From Planctomycetota bacterium (GTDB taxonomy: Bacteria > Planctomycetota > PLA2 > JAEUHO01), in assembly GCA_965223505.1 (NCBI GenBank), contig CBDCWP010000030.1:64001-128000 (forward strand): DNA of 64,000 nt, given 5' to 3'. Below, in pieces: positions 55,255 to 64,000 of the stretch (position 1 is its first letter; each line of letters opens with the position of its first letter). The position numbers and the translations under genes were made by a program. The notes under the pieces were generated by a model. That model was not told the DNA's origin, searched no databases, and was given only the letters and a program-made list of their open reading frames with translations.

Positions 55255-57132
55255 ATGGCCCCTTCCAAGAACCCTGTCGGCGCCCGGACGGGCGCCATTT
55301 TCAGCATCCTCTGCTTCCTCCTCGCGGCCTGTGGCGGCGGCGGTGGAGGAGGCAACGACAACGGCAACGGCGGTGTCGCCGTTCCGCCGGGCAGCACCCC
55401 CATCAACGATCTGGAGACACCGCGGATCATCGCCGTGGCTCCCGCTCCGAATTCGGTCGATCAGGACCGTGGTACGAGCGTCGTCATCCACTTCGAGGTT
55501 CCGGTGGACATCGCCAGCTTGCAAGGCGGTGTGTTCAGCGTCTCGACGGGCGACGGACCGCTCGACGGCAACCAGCTCCTGGCGGACGGCGGAACGACGC
55601 TGGTGTTCAACCCCGAGGGCGGCATGCCGCTGAGCGCGGAGCCGCGTGTACTACTCAAGGCGGGCGTCCGTGATCTGGCAGGCAACCAGCGTCAGAACGA
55701 CTTCGAGTTCTCGTTCCGCACGCGCGAGACAGCGCCGCTTCCGCCTTCGCCGTTCGAAAATGAGAGTGATCAGACGTCGCTGCGTGACCTGCGTCTCGCG
55801 GATGACGGCACCGGCGTCGCGGTGTATGTCAAGCGCGGCGTGGTGAACAACGAGCTCATCGCACAACGCTTTGAAGGCGGCTTTCCCACCGGCCTGCCGG
55901 ACACGCTGTTCACCACGAGTGGCAGCATCGACCTCGGGCCCCAGGGTGTCGCGGTTGCCCGCGGACGGCAGGCAACGGTTGCGTGGCGGGTCACGTCCGC
56001 AGGCGACCCGAACGCATTCGCGGCGTTCCTGAATCCCGCCACGCTCACGTGGGAGACCGAGGAGCTCGAAAACGAAAGCACGCGCGGCGCGGACCTGCCG
56101 CTGGCCGCTGTGATGGCCTCGGGTCGCAGTCTGGTGATCTGGCTCGAAGAGCCTCTGACCGGGACCGACCCGATCGTTCGCAATGCGATTCGCTTCAGCC
56201 CCTCTGGTTCGATGCTCATCGACAATCACGGTGCGGTTGCCCCCGCGTCAGGGCTGTCGATGGCGATGAACGAAGACGGCAACGGCGTCATCGCATACAT
56301 CGAGGAGGTCTCCCCGACGACCTTCGACGTCAAGGTGAGCGGGATCCTCGGCGGACAGCCGCTGCTTCCCGTCGACGTCGAGACGCGCACGAACGGCTTC
56401 GAGCGCGAGACGACCTCGAGCGTCGATGCGAACGGCCGCGGTCTCGTGGCGTGGATCGAGCGCGATAGCGTCGCGACCGCGGAACGCGTTCTAGCGGTCT
56501 TCGGCGACCCAGGGCTCGGCAACTGGAGTGACGACATTGTGCTGCAGACGGCTTTGGAGATTCGCCAGCTGAAGGTGGCGGGCGCGGAGGAGACGGGAGT
56601 CGTCTTCTGGGGGGCGACGATCAGTGGCGCAAACCGCATCTTCGGCGTGCGACTCGATCCGAACAACGGCTTCGGGGACGCCGAAACGCTCTCGGGCGTG
56701 CTCTCCGACGTCGAGATCGGAACATCGGCGAGCAACGTTCGGGGCGACCTGCTTCTGGGCCTCGTGAACGCCCAGTTCCAGGTCCATGCCGTGTGTTGGC
56801 CGGTTGATGGCGCGCCTTCGGGCAACGTGCCCGTTTCGCTCGGTCCGCCCCACGAGCCGCAGGTCGCGCTCGAGCCCAGCGGCGCCGGGCTGATCGTGTA
56901 CGCGGTCCACAACCTGCAGGCTGATCCTCAGCAAGGCAGCCACGCCGTGGTCCGACGGATTCGGGCTGACGGCACGTTGGAATCAGAGCAGCGGTTGCTA
57001 CAGCCCAACATTCCGTCGGCTGTCAACCGGCTTCGCGTGGACGTCGACGGTCAGGGCCTTGGCACCGCCCTGGTCAACATGTTCACGCCGGGCGTCGGTG
57101 ATCTCGACATCTTCGGCGTTCTCTTGCAGTAG
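55255..57132 (+). CDS. Lipoprotein with Ig-like (Big_5-like) domain and beta-repeat region
   Basis: GGAG RBS, LLAAC lipobox, poly-G linker, PRIIAVAP...GVRDLAGN. Confidence 0.8.
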   Translation: MAPSKNPVGARTGAIFSILCFLLAACGGGGGGGNDNGNGGVAVPPGSTPINDLETPRIIAVAPAPNSVDQDRGTSVVIHFEVPVDIASLQGGVFSVSTGDGPLDGNQLLADGGTTLVFNPEGGMPLSAEPRVLLKAGVRDLAGNQRQNDFEFSFRTRETAPLPPSPFENESDQTSLRDLRLADDGTGVAVYVKRGVVNNELIAQRFEGGFPTGLPDTLFTTSGSIDLGPQGVAVARGRQATVAWRVTSAGDPNAFAAFLNPATLTWETEELENESTRGADLPLAAVMASGRSLVIWLEEPLTGTDPIVRNAIRFSPSGSMLIDNHGAVAPASGLSMAMNEDGNGVIAYIEEVSPTTFDVKVSGILGGQPLLPVDVETRTNGFERETTSSVDANGRGLVAWIERDSVATAERVLAVFGDPGLGNWSDDIVLQTALEIRQLKVAGAEETGVVFWGATISGANRIFGVRLDPNNGFGDAETLSGVLSDVEIGTSASNVRGDLLLGLVNAQFQVHAVCWPVDGAPSGNVPVSLGPPHEPQVALEPSGAGLIVYAVHNLQADPQQGSHAVVRRIRADGTLESEQRLLQPNIPSAVNRLRVDVDGQGLGTALVNMFTPGVGDLDIFGVLLQ

Positions 57133-57155
57133 TCGACCATCGCTGTCATCAAGAG

Positions 57156-57187
57156 AAGGGGGCGCGCCCGGGCGGGCGCGTCCCCTT
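57156..57187. terminator. Hairpin between convergent genes, probable bidirectional terminator
   Basis: AAGGGGGCGCGCCC-gggc-GGGCGCGTCCCCTT. Confidence 0.7.
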
Positions 57188-58913
57188 ACGTCGTCGTAGA
57201 GGCATCCGCTGAACGTCCGCGAAGTAGCACCCGGGCCGCTTCGGCGAACACGAGCACCTCCAGAGCGAGGAACAGCGCGCCGAAGGTGACGACCAACCAG
57301 TTCGTGGCTTGGATTTGCTTCTCGAGCCCCATCACCCCGGCAATCGTCGTCATCACGACCAGAAAGACCATCGGCAACGCGACCGGTAGCACCGGCTTCT
57401 TCGCGAACTTCAAGTACACGAAGAGCAGCAGCAGCGTGATCGCGCCGATCAGCTGGTTCGTCGTTCCGAACAGCGGCCACAAGATGAACCCGCCTGAGCC
57501 GGGTCCCTTGCCGCCCTCGGTGAAGATCGCCAGGCAACCTGCGGGAAGCACGGCAATTGCCGCGCCTATGAATCGATTGCCGATGACTCTCTGTACGCCA
57601 GGCTTGCCCGTCGACGCACCCAACTCGCCCAACACGAAACGTTGGATGCGGGCAGCAGTGTCGAGGGTCGTCGCCGCGAACGAGATGACGATGACTGCGA
57701 CCACGGTCTCAGCGAAGTCCGGCTTGTTCGACCACGCAACGAGTGGTTCGAGAAACGTCCCTGCTCCCTCTACAAAGTTTCCGATCCCCGTGGTGCCGAC
57801 GGTCTCCCACGACGCGTACTTCTCAGCCCACACGTCGGCCGACCCCAAGCCCGCGGAGACGGCGAGCACCGAGACCATCGCCAGTGTTCCCTCCCCAAGC
57901 ATGCCGCCGTAGCCGATCGTTCGCGCATCACGCATGCAGTCGAGCTGTTTCGACGTCGTACCGCTGGCCACGAGGCTGTGGAACCCGCTGATCGCGCCAC
58001 ACGCGATCGTGATGAACAACAGCGGGAATATCGGAGGCGCCGCGGGGTCGACATTCTCGTTGAACGCGGGCGCCGACACCTCGGGATTGAGGATCAAGAT
58101 GCCGACGATGAGCGCACCGAGACCCACGAAGAGTTGGTGGCTGTTGATGTAGTCCCGGGGTTGCAGGAGCACACGTACCGGGAGAATACATGCGACGAAC
58201 GAGTAGATCAGAAGGAACACGATCCACGCGACGATCGAGTCGCCCTTGTCGAGATCGGCACCGAGGATGTTGCTGAGCGTCCCCCACTCCGGGTGATCGG
58301 CGCAGACGTAGACGACGACGTACAACGCGATGACGGCATAGATCGAGGGCCACAGCAGGGTGCCCTTGCGTTTGTAGATCCACCAACCGATCAACACAGC
58401 CACCAGGATCTCGAAATTCACCGGGATCACCGACTGGGGCTTCCACCAGAACAGGAACGCGATGATGTATCCAAACGCGGCGATCACGACCCACGTCAGC
58501 AAGATGATGATCAACAAGAAATAGACCCGCGCTCGCGGCCCGAGGATCTCGCCGGCGAGATCCCCCATCGTGCGACCGCCGCGCTTCGCAGAGAGCGCCA
58601 ACGCGCCGAAATCGTGCACGGCGCCGATGAAGATCGTACCCAGCACGACCCAGATGAGCGCCGGCAGCCAGCCCCAGATCACTGCAATGGCCGGCCCGAC
58701 AATGGGTGCGGCGCCTGCGATCGAGCAGAAGTGGTGCCCGAAAAGGACGTGCTTGTTGCACGCAACGAAGTCGATGCCGTCGGGCGTCGTGTGCGCCGGC
58801 GTCGGTTCGTCGTTGTCCGTCTCGTAGACGCGCCGCTCGATCCATCGCGCGTAGAACCGAAAGGCGAGGAAGAAGAGCGCCAACGAGATGACGGCAAGGA
58901 CGGCGGCGTTCAT
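57186..58913 (-). CDS. cstA: Carbon starvation protein A family transporter
   Basis: TPAH..DGIDF, LFGHHFCSIAGAAPIVGP, LLQPRDY, FITIACGAISGFHSL, TTLDTAAR, WPLFGTTNQL. Confidence 0.95.
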   Translation of the reverse strand: MNAAVLAVISLALFFLAFRFYARWIERRVYETDNDEPTPAHTTPDGIDFVACNKHVLFGHHFCSIAGAAPIVGPAIAVIWGWLPALIWVVLGTIFIGAVHDFGALALSAKRGGRTMGDLAGEILGPRARVYFLLIIILLTWVVIAAFGYIIAFLFWWKPQSVIPVNFEILVAVLIGWWIYKRKGTLLWPSIYAVIALYVVVYVCADHPEWGTLSNILGADLDKGDSIVAWIVFLLIYSFVACILPVRVLLQPRDYINSHQLFVGLGALIVGILILNPEVSAPAFNENVDPAAPPIFPLLFITIACGAISGFHSLVASGTTSKQLDCMRDARTIGYGGMLGEGTLAMVSVLAVSAGLGSADVWAEKYASWETVGTTGIGNFVEGAGTFLEPLVAWSNKPDFAETVVAVIVISFAATTLDTAARIQRFVLGELGASTGKPGVQRVIGNRFIGAAIAVLPAGCLAIFTEGGKGPGSGGFILWPLFGTTNQLIGAITLLLLFVYLKFAKKPVLPVALPMVFLVVMTTIAGVMGLEKQIQATNWLVVTFGALFLALEVLVFAEAARVLLRGRSADASTTT

Positions 58914-58959
58914 GCGGGGAGAGGTTGCCGGAACCGATGCGAGGGCGCAAGGGGCGTTG

Positions 58960-59982
58960 TCACAACGCGTGCCAAGGTCGCGCGCGAGTTCGCAAGGGGT
59001 TCGCCGGCTCTCGTCGACTGCCTCGATACGGCGGCGCGCGCTCCCGAACGACGCCACCGCCGTTCGCGCGGGCATGTTTCAGGTCCTCCTCGTCCGTCGC
59101 TGCGCCGCGCTCGGCAGGAGCGATCGGCCACGGAATGCGCCCGGCGTCGTACAGAACGTGATGCCGCGTGCAGAGGCTTCCGATGTCGTCGACCTCCCGG
59201 CCGCCGCCATGGCGATGCGGCGTCCGGTGCGCGAACTGCAAACCGATCTTCCGATCGCAGCTCGGCACCTCGCACGCCCCACCGGAGCGATCGCGTACGG
59301 CACGCCTGACTTCCGCCGGGATGTAGCGGCTGCGCGGCATGGCACCGGTATCGCCCAGCCGGCGCGTGCCGCCCTTCTGGCGAAGCGGGTCGTTCTTCTG
59401 GAGATAGAAACCGACGACCCGTGTGAACGTCTGACCGTCGGTCAACGGCTTGCCCGCTTTCTGTGAGGCGACCTCACGTGCGCGGTCGAAGTCGTCCTTG
59501 ACGCTTGCGGTGACGAAGACCGAGACCTCTTCCACGCCCAGCTCACCCTGCGCGTGCAGCTCGAAGCGCTCCCTGATCCGCCGACGCAACACGCGTAGTG
59601 GATCCGTCGCGGCGGCGGTGAGCCAGTCGTCGCCGGCGCGTCGTAGCTCCGGATGCGCCAGCACGCGCCCGATCAATGCCGCTGCTTCGACGGAGACTTC
59701 GCCGCTTCGCACGCGAGCTTCGGCCTCCGGCGCCGCGATCAGCGTCTTACCCAGATTCGTCAACATTCGCGCTTCCGGAGTGCTGAACCCGAGCTTCCGT
59801 GCGTACTCCACGACGGATGCGCAGCCTGAGAAGACGAAGTGGGCATCGGCGTCGACCCTCGCCAGATCGCGAGCGAGCCGGATCTGCAAGTCACGCAGCG
59901 TCCTCAGTCGGCGCGCGATCCGGTCATCTGCGGTCGGATGTCGCCGCGCCCTGATGCTCCGTTTGTCGGCTGTGATGCGCAT
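58960..59982 (-). CDS. HNH endonuclease-domain protein (DUF222-like architecture)
   Basis: RYIPAEVRRAVRDR, CEVPSC, AHRTPHRHGG, LCTRHH. Confidence 0.8.
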   Translation of the reverse strand: MRITADKRSIRARRHPTADDRIARRLRTLRDLQIRLARDLARVDADAHFVFSGCASVVEYARKLGFSTPEARMLTNLGKTLIAAPEAEARVRSGEVSVEAAALIGRVLAHPELRRAGDDWLTAAATDPLRVLRRRIRERFELHAQGELGVEEVSVFVTASVKDDFDRAREVASQKAGKPLTDGQTFTRVVGFYLQKNDPLRQKGGTRRLGDTGAMPRSRYIPAEVRRAVRDRSGGACEVPSCDRKIGLQFAHRTPHRHGGGREVDDIGSLCTRHHVLYDAGRIPWPIAPAERGAATDEEDLKHARANGGGVVRERAPPYRGSRREPANPLRTRARPWHAL

Positions 59983-60048
59983 GAGAACAAAATACTAACA
60001 ACTGGCAGAGACAGCCGGTCGGAGCCAGAAAATGGAGCTCGGACGGCA

Positions 60049-61599
60049 TCATGCACCGAACAGCTTGCGCGCCTCCGCGAGACCCGGCGCCTCGAAGCCG
60101 TAGCCGCTCGCCATGACGCGGGTCAGCGCCGTCAGATGTACCCAGCGATGCGCCGCCCGGCTTCGCGCGAACTCCTCGAGCGCGGTGAGGAAGTACTTTT
60201 CGTGGTGAAGCGCGCCATCGTGCGCGATCGCGGGCTCGATGAGCACGTCGATCAACCGCTTCGGATCGCCGCCCGCTTCGCCATAGCGCTCCGCCAGAGC
60301 CGCAGCGGCAGGTTGATCGCGCCCGCGCAGGGCCTCTTCGATCGCCCCGAGCAGCTCTTCAGGCTTCACGGCCGCCGCGTCCTTGCGCGCGGACGCGTGA
60401 TGGGGCGCGTCCCCGTCCATGCCGCCCGACTGTCCCGCCGTATGCCAGGCCCCAGTGACGAGACTCGCGTTCGCGACGCCGGCGTCCGTCGCTTGACCGA
60501 TCCCACGCCACGCGTGCGCGGAGTCCGCCGCGTGCAGGCCGATCGACGCGCCGTGAACGCTGCCGATGGGCTTGCCCGTCTCGGCTCGCTTCTTCCCCGG
60601 ATCGTGCAGCAGCAGCCGCGCGGAGGCCAACGACAACGCCTCCCCCACGTCCTCGCACGAAACGCCCTCCGCGAGCAGCGCCGCGACGTGCGCTGCGGAT
60701 GCGTCGCGGTCCTTTCTGAACACGAAGTCGGCAACCGCCTCAAGCTCCTTGTCGCTGAGCGACCTGGACGCGGCTGGTTTTCCATGGAGACCGTGTTCGT
60801 CGATCAACTTCGGCAGGAGCGCACGAATGGACGGCGCCGTTCGACCGCGCCGCTGCCGCCCCCGCTCGCGATCCATGCACTGCCGCAGGGACTGACGCAG
60901 CATGACGTCCGCCCGCTCCATGCCGACGAGCGTCAACATGTCCCACGAACGGAACGTGAGCACGACCTGGTGGACGTCGATGTTGTCGCGTGTGACGGGT
61001 TGCAGGGCCAAGTACCCGGCCTTGGGTTCCCCCGACATCAGCACGGCGAGCCGGCGCTCCGCCGCGTCGACGTCGGCGCCGCGGCTGTCCTCGAGCAACG
61101 CTTCGGCAGGCGCCGCCTCGGCGGGATCGTTCTCGGACTCCAGGCGCAGCGGCTTGAGCCGCTCGTTGCTTCGTCCACCCTTTTGTTGGATGCGCGTGGC
61201 GTTGCGATGCAAGACCTTGAACACGGGTATCGCCGCGCGCGCGGCCGGAAGCCGCTTCGACATCTCGAGCGCCGGAACCATCGCGAAGAAGCAGTGGTAG
61301 CCGACGTAATCGTGACCACCGAACGTGCGCACGTTGGCGAGGGTCGCAGCCGTCACGAGTGTTTGCAGCGAGGTGCCGGCGTCGAGTTCGGCCTTCAGCA
61401 CCGGCATCAGGGCGTCGGCCTCGGTGCTCTGCATTCGGTCGACGAGCGGCTCGAGCTTCCCGAAGTGAAGCCGGTCATCGCCTTCCGCTCGCGCGTCCGC
61501 CAGCAGCCCGAGTTCGCGCACGGCGCCGACGCCGATTGCGCCTGCCAGGGCGCCGGCCCCGACTCTGCCAAGAAAGGTGCGGCGTGTGGTCTGCTCCAT
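60049..61599 (-). CDS. Tat-exported helical protein with His motifs, function unknown
   Basis: TRRTFLG Tat motif; GGHDYVGYH, DVHQVV, SVHGASIGLH, DGALHHEKY. Confidence 0.8.
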   Translation of the reverse strand: MEQTTRRTFLGRVGAGALAGAIGVGAVRELGLLADARAEGDDRLHFGKLEPLVDRMQSTEADALMPVLKAELDAGTSLQTLVTAATLANVRTFGGHDYVGYHCFFAMVPALEMSKRLPAARAAIPVFKVLHRNATRIQQKGGRSNERLKPLRLESENDPAEAAPAEALLEDSRGADVDAAERRLAVLMSGEPKAGYLALQPVTRDNIDVHQVVLTFRSWDMLTLVGMERADVMLRQSLRQCMDRERGRQRRGRTAPSIRALLPKLIDEHGLHGKPAASRSLSDKELEAVADFVFRKDRDASAAHVAALLAEGVSCEDVGEALSLASARLLLHDPGKKRAETGKPIGSVHGASIGLHAADSAHAWRGIGQATDAGVANASLVTGAWHTAGQSGGMDGDAPHHASARKDAAAVKPEELLGAIEEALRGRDQPAAAALAERYGEAGGDPKRLIDVLIEPAIAHDGALHHEKYFLTALEEFARSRAAHRWVHLTALTRVMASGYGFEAPGLAEARKLFGA

Positions 61600-61739
61600 G
61601 GCGCCCTCCGATCGGGCTCATTGTCGCAGATGCGCGAGGGCCGTAGGTAACGAGGGAGGCGCTGAGGACGAAGCGTCGAATTCGGGCCGGGCGCAGCCAG
61701 TGGACCCCGACCGCAGCGGGACGGGGCTTCAGACCGCGC

Positions 61740-63650
61740 CTAGTCGTCGGCGTACTTGTCCAGCTTGCGCTGCAGCGTGAAGCGGCTGATCCCCAGCAGG
61801 TCGGCGGCGCGCGTCTTGTTCCCGTCGGCTGTCTTCAGCGCCTTCGCGATCTCGTGCCGCTCCACGTTCTCCACGAGCTCGATCAGGTTGCGCACCGGCT
61901 CCCCGTCGTCACCGCCCAGGCCGCCACGCGCGCCGCGCTGCACCTGCTCGGAGAGTACGTCCGCCGTGATGACGTCGTCCGACAGCGCGATCATTCGCTT
62001 CACCTCGTTCTCGAGCTCACGCACGTTGCCGGGCCAGTCGTAGGTCGCGAGGATGTCGAGCACGCCTTCATCGAGCCGCTTCACCGGCTTGGCGCCGGCG
62101 TGCAGCGCCAGGAAGTGCGACGCCAACATGCCGACGTCGCCCTTGCGTTCGCGCAGCGGCGGCAGGTCGATGTTCAACACCTTCAGGCGGTAGTACAGAT
62201 CCTCGCGAAACTCGCCGGCGCGCACCAGCTTCTCGAGCTTCTTGTTGCTCGCGCTGACGATGCGCACGTCCACTTTCTTGACGCTCTTGCCGCCGACGGG
62301 CCGCACCTCGCCTTCCTGCAACGTGCGCAAGAGCTTCTTTTGCATGTCGGGACTCATGTCCGCGACCTCGTCCAGGAAGAGCGTGCCGTTGTCGGCGAGC
62401 TCGAACAGGCCCTTCTTGTCGCGATCGGCGCCGGTAAACGCGCCGCGCACGTGCCCGAACAGCTCGCTCTCGAGCAACGTGTCCGTCAGCGCCGCGCAGT
62501 TCTCCGACAGGAACGCCTTGCTGGCCCGCGCACCCTTCGAGTGAATCGCGCGGGCGATGAGCTCCTTACCCGTGCCGGACTCGCCCGTGATCAGGATCGG
62601 CTCGTCCGTCTGCACCAGCTTGTCGAGCAGCTTGAGCACGCTCTTCATCGCGGGCGAGTCGCCGATGATCTGCGGATAGACGCCCTCGGGCTGCCCGACG
62701 CTGCGCAAGCGGTCCTTCACCTCGGTCAGCTCGTGCGCCTGGGTCTCGACGCGCATCTCGAGACGCTTGTTGAGCTGCTCCAGCTCGCGCGCCTGCGCCT
62801 CGTTGTCCTCGTACAGCCGCGCGCGCTCGATCGCCGCCGCCGCGAGGTCGGCCAACGACGTCAGCGTATTGAGCTCCGCCTCGCCGAACGCGCCCTGCTG
62901 CAGCCGGTTGTCGACGTAGACCGCGCCCAGGATCTGGCCGCGCACCCGGAAGGGGAGGCACATCACCGAGCGGGCCCGGATGGCGTTGACGGACAGGGTG
63001 TCGGAGAATCGCACGTCCTCGACGGCGTTCGCGGTCACGACGGGCTCGCCGCTGTCCATCACCTTCGAGACGATCGAACCGGAGAACGCGACCTCCGGCG
63101 CCTCGACGTCCTCCTGTTCGAAGTTGCGCGCCACACGGGCGGCCGGCCGGCCGTCGCGGGCACTCAGCACCAGGAAGCCCCGCTCCGCCTGCGACACCTC
63201 GACCAGATGGTCGATGATGATCTTCAGCAGCGGGTCGAGGTGCAGCTCGCTGTTCAGCGCCTTCGCCACGCGGTGAAATCGCTCGAGGCGGTCCTGCCCG
63301 GACCCGACCTTCAGCGCCTCCATCGACGTGACCATCGTGTCGCGCGTGTCGACGGCGTCCGGCGGCGGCGCCTTCTCGTACCAGAGCCGCGCGCTGCCGA
63401 CGCGAATCTCGTCGCCGGTCTTCAGCGCGGCCCGGTCGACGAGGTGGCCGTTGAGCCGCGTGCCGTTCTGGCTGCCGAGGTCCACGACGAGGTACTGCTG
63501 GCCGTGCTGCTCGATGCGGCAGTGCACCCGCGACGCGCGCAGATCCATGACTGCGACGTCGTTCTCGGTCGATCGGCCGACCAGGATCGTGTCCTGATCG
63601 AGCTCGAAGACCGTCCGGCTGTCCTTTTCGTCCAGGATGAACCGCGGCAA
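61740..63650 (-). CDS. Sigma-54-dependent activator (FHA-GAF-AAA+-Fis HTH)
   Basis: GRS/SRVH/SQNGT; SVMCLP..VYVDNR; GESGTGKE, GAFTGA, LFLDEV, WPGNVREL; NKTRAADLLGISR. Confidence 0.95.
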   Translation of the reverse strand: MPRFILDEKDSRTVFELDQDTILVGRSTENDVAVMDLRASRVHCRIEQHGQQYLVVDLGSQNGTRLNGHLVDRAALKTGDEIRVGSARLWYEKAPPPDAVDTRDTMVTSMEALKVGSGQDRLERFHRVAKALNSELHLDPLLKIIIDHLVEVSQAERGFLVLSARDGRPAARVARNFEQEDVEAPEVAFSGSIVSKVMDSGEPVVTANAVEDVRFSDTLSVNAIRARSVMCLPFRVRGQILGAVYVDNRLQQGAFGEAELNTLTSLADLAAAAIERARLYEDNEAQARELEQLNKRLEMRVETQAHELTEVKDRLRSVGQPEGVYPQIIGDSPAMKSVLKLLDKLVQTDEPILITGESGTGKELIARAIHSKGARASKAFLSENCAALTDTLLESELFGHVRGAFTGADRDKKGLFELADNGTLFLDEVADMSPDMQKKLLRTLQEGEVRPVGGKSVKKVDVRIVSASNKKLEKLVRAGEFREDLYYRLKVLNIDLPPLRERKGDVGMLASHFLALHAGAKPVKRLDEGVLDILATYDWPGNVRELENEVKRMIALSDDVITADVLSEQVQRGARGGLGGDDGEPVRNLIELVENVERHEIAKALKTADGNKTRAADLLGISRFTLQRKLDKYADD

Positions 63651-63870
63651 GCTCTGGTGACCTCTCTATCCGTACTGTGCGGGAACTCGGAACCTCGCAC
63701 CAGCGGCTATCTTACGGCAACGCCGGCTGAGGGCCCGGCGTTGCCGGACCACCCGACGGGGACCTCCGCGGGCGATCCGCGCCTGGGGGTGAGGCTCGGT
63801 ACAGTCCCCTCAACGTCCGATCTCACCGGATGGGCGCTGCGCCTGCCCTGGAAACGGCGCGGAAACGCGA

Positions 63871-64000
63871 ATGCAGAAGACCTACACCATCGAAGAGCTG
63901 GCGGAGCTGGGCGGTGTCACGGTGCGCCAGGCCCGCGAGTGGAAGTCGAAGGGCTACCTCGGCAAGCCGGTGCTGGACGACTCGGGAAGGCGACTGTTCG
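63871..64000 (+). CDS. MerR-type HTH protein, 3' truncated
   Basis: MQKTYTIEELAELGGVTVRQAREWKSKGYLGKPVLDDSGRRLF (manual translation). Confidence 0.75.
   Translation, partial: MQKTYTIEELAELGGVTVRQAREWKSKGYLGKPVLDDSGRRLF

Overview
High-GC, gene-dense bacterial DNA from a diderm organism. The content suggests Planctomycetota (inference from an ECF sigma/Ser-Thr kinase pair, CRTAC1/ASPIC-UnbV, HEAT/TPR and Tat/lipoprotein genes). About 46 CDS; no rRNA, tRNA or CRISPR seen. Main blocks: an Mla-like transporter, a partial degenerate V/A-ATPase cassette, an EF-G paralog, an LPS core/surface glycan cluster, a giant Ig-like lipoprotein, a SCO-CRTAC1 fusion beside a degenerate CuA domain, a kinase-FHA signalling cluster, cstA, an HNH gene and a sigma-54 activator. 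Two things stand out. (1) Two tandem, signal-peptide-bearing thioredoxin-like genes that the ORF track splits at an in-frame TGA; read-through gives UGPC and UGRC motifs, each followed by an equivalently placed SECIS-like hairpin, so they are probable exported selenoproteins. (2) A Tat-signal microprotein with a (Gly-Lys)20 core lying head-to-head with a eukaryote-type (Rubisco-LSMT/SETD3-like) SET methyltransferase, a candidate peptide-modification system. All family calls come from reading motifs by eye; no searches were run.
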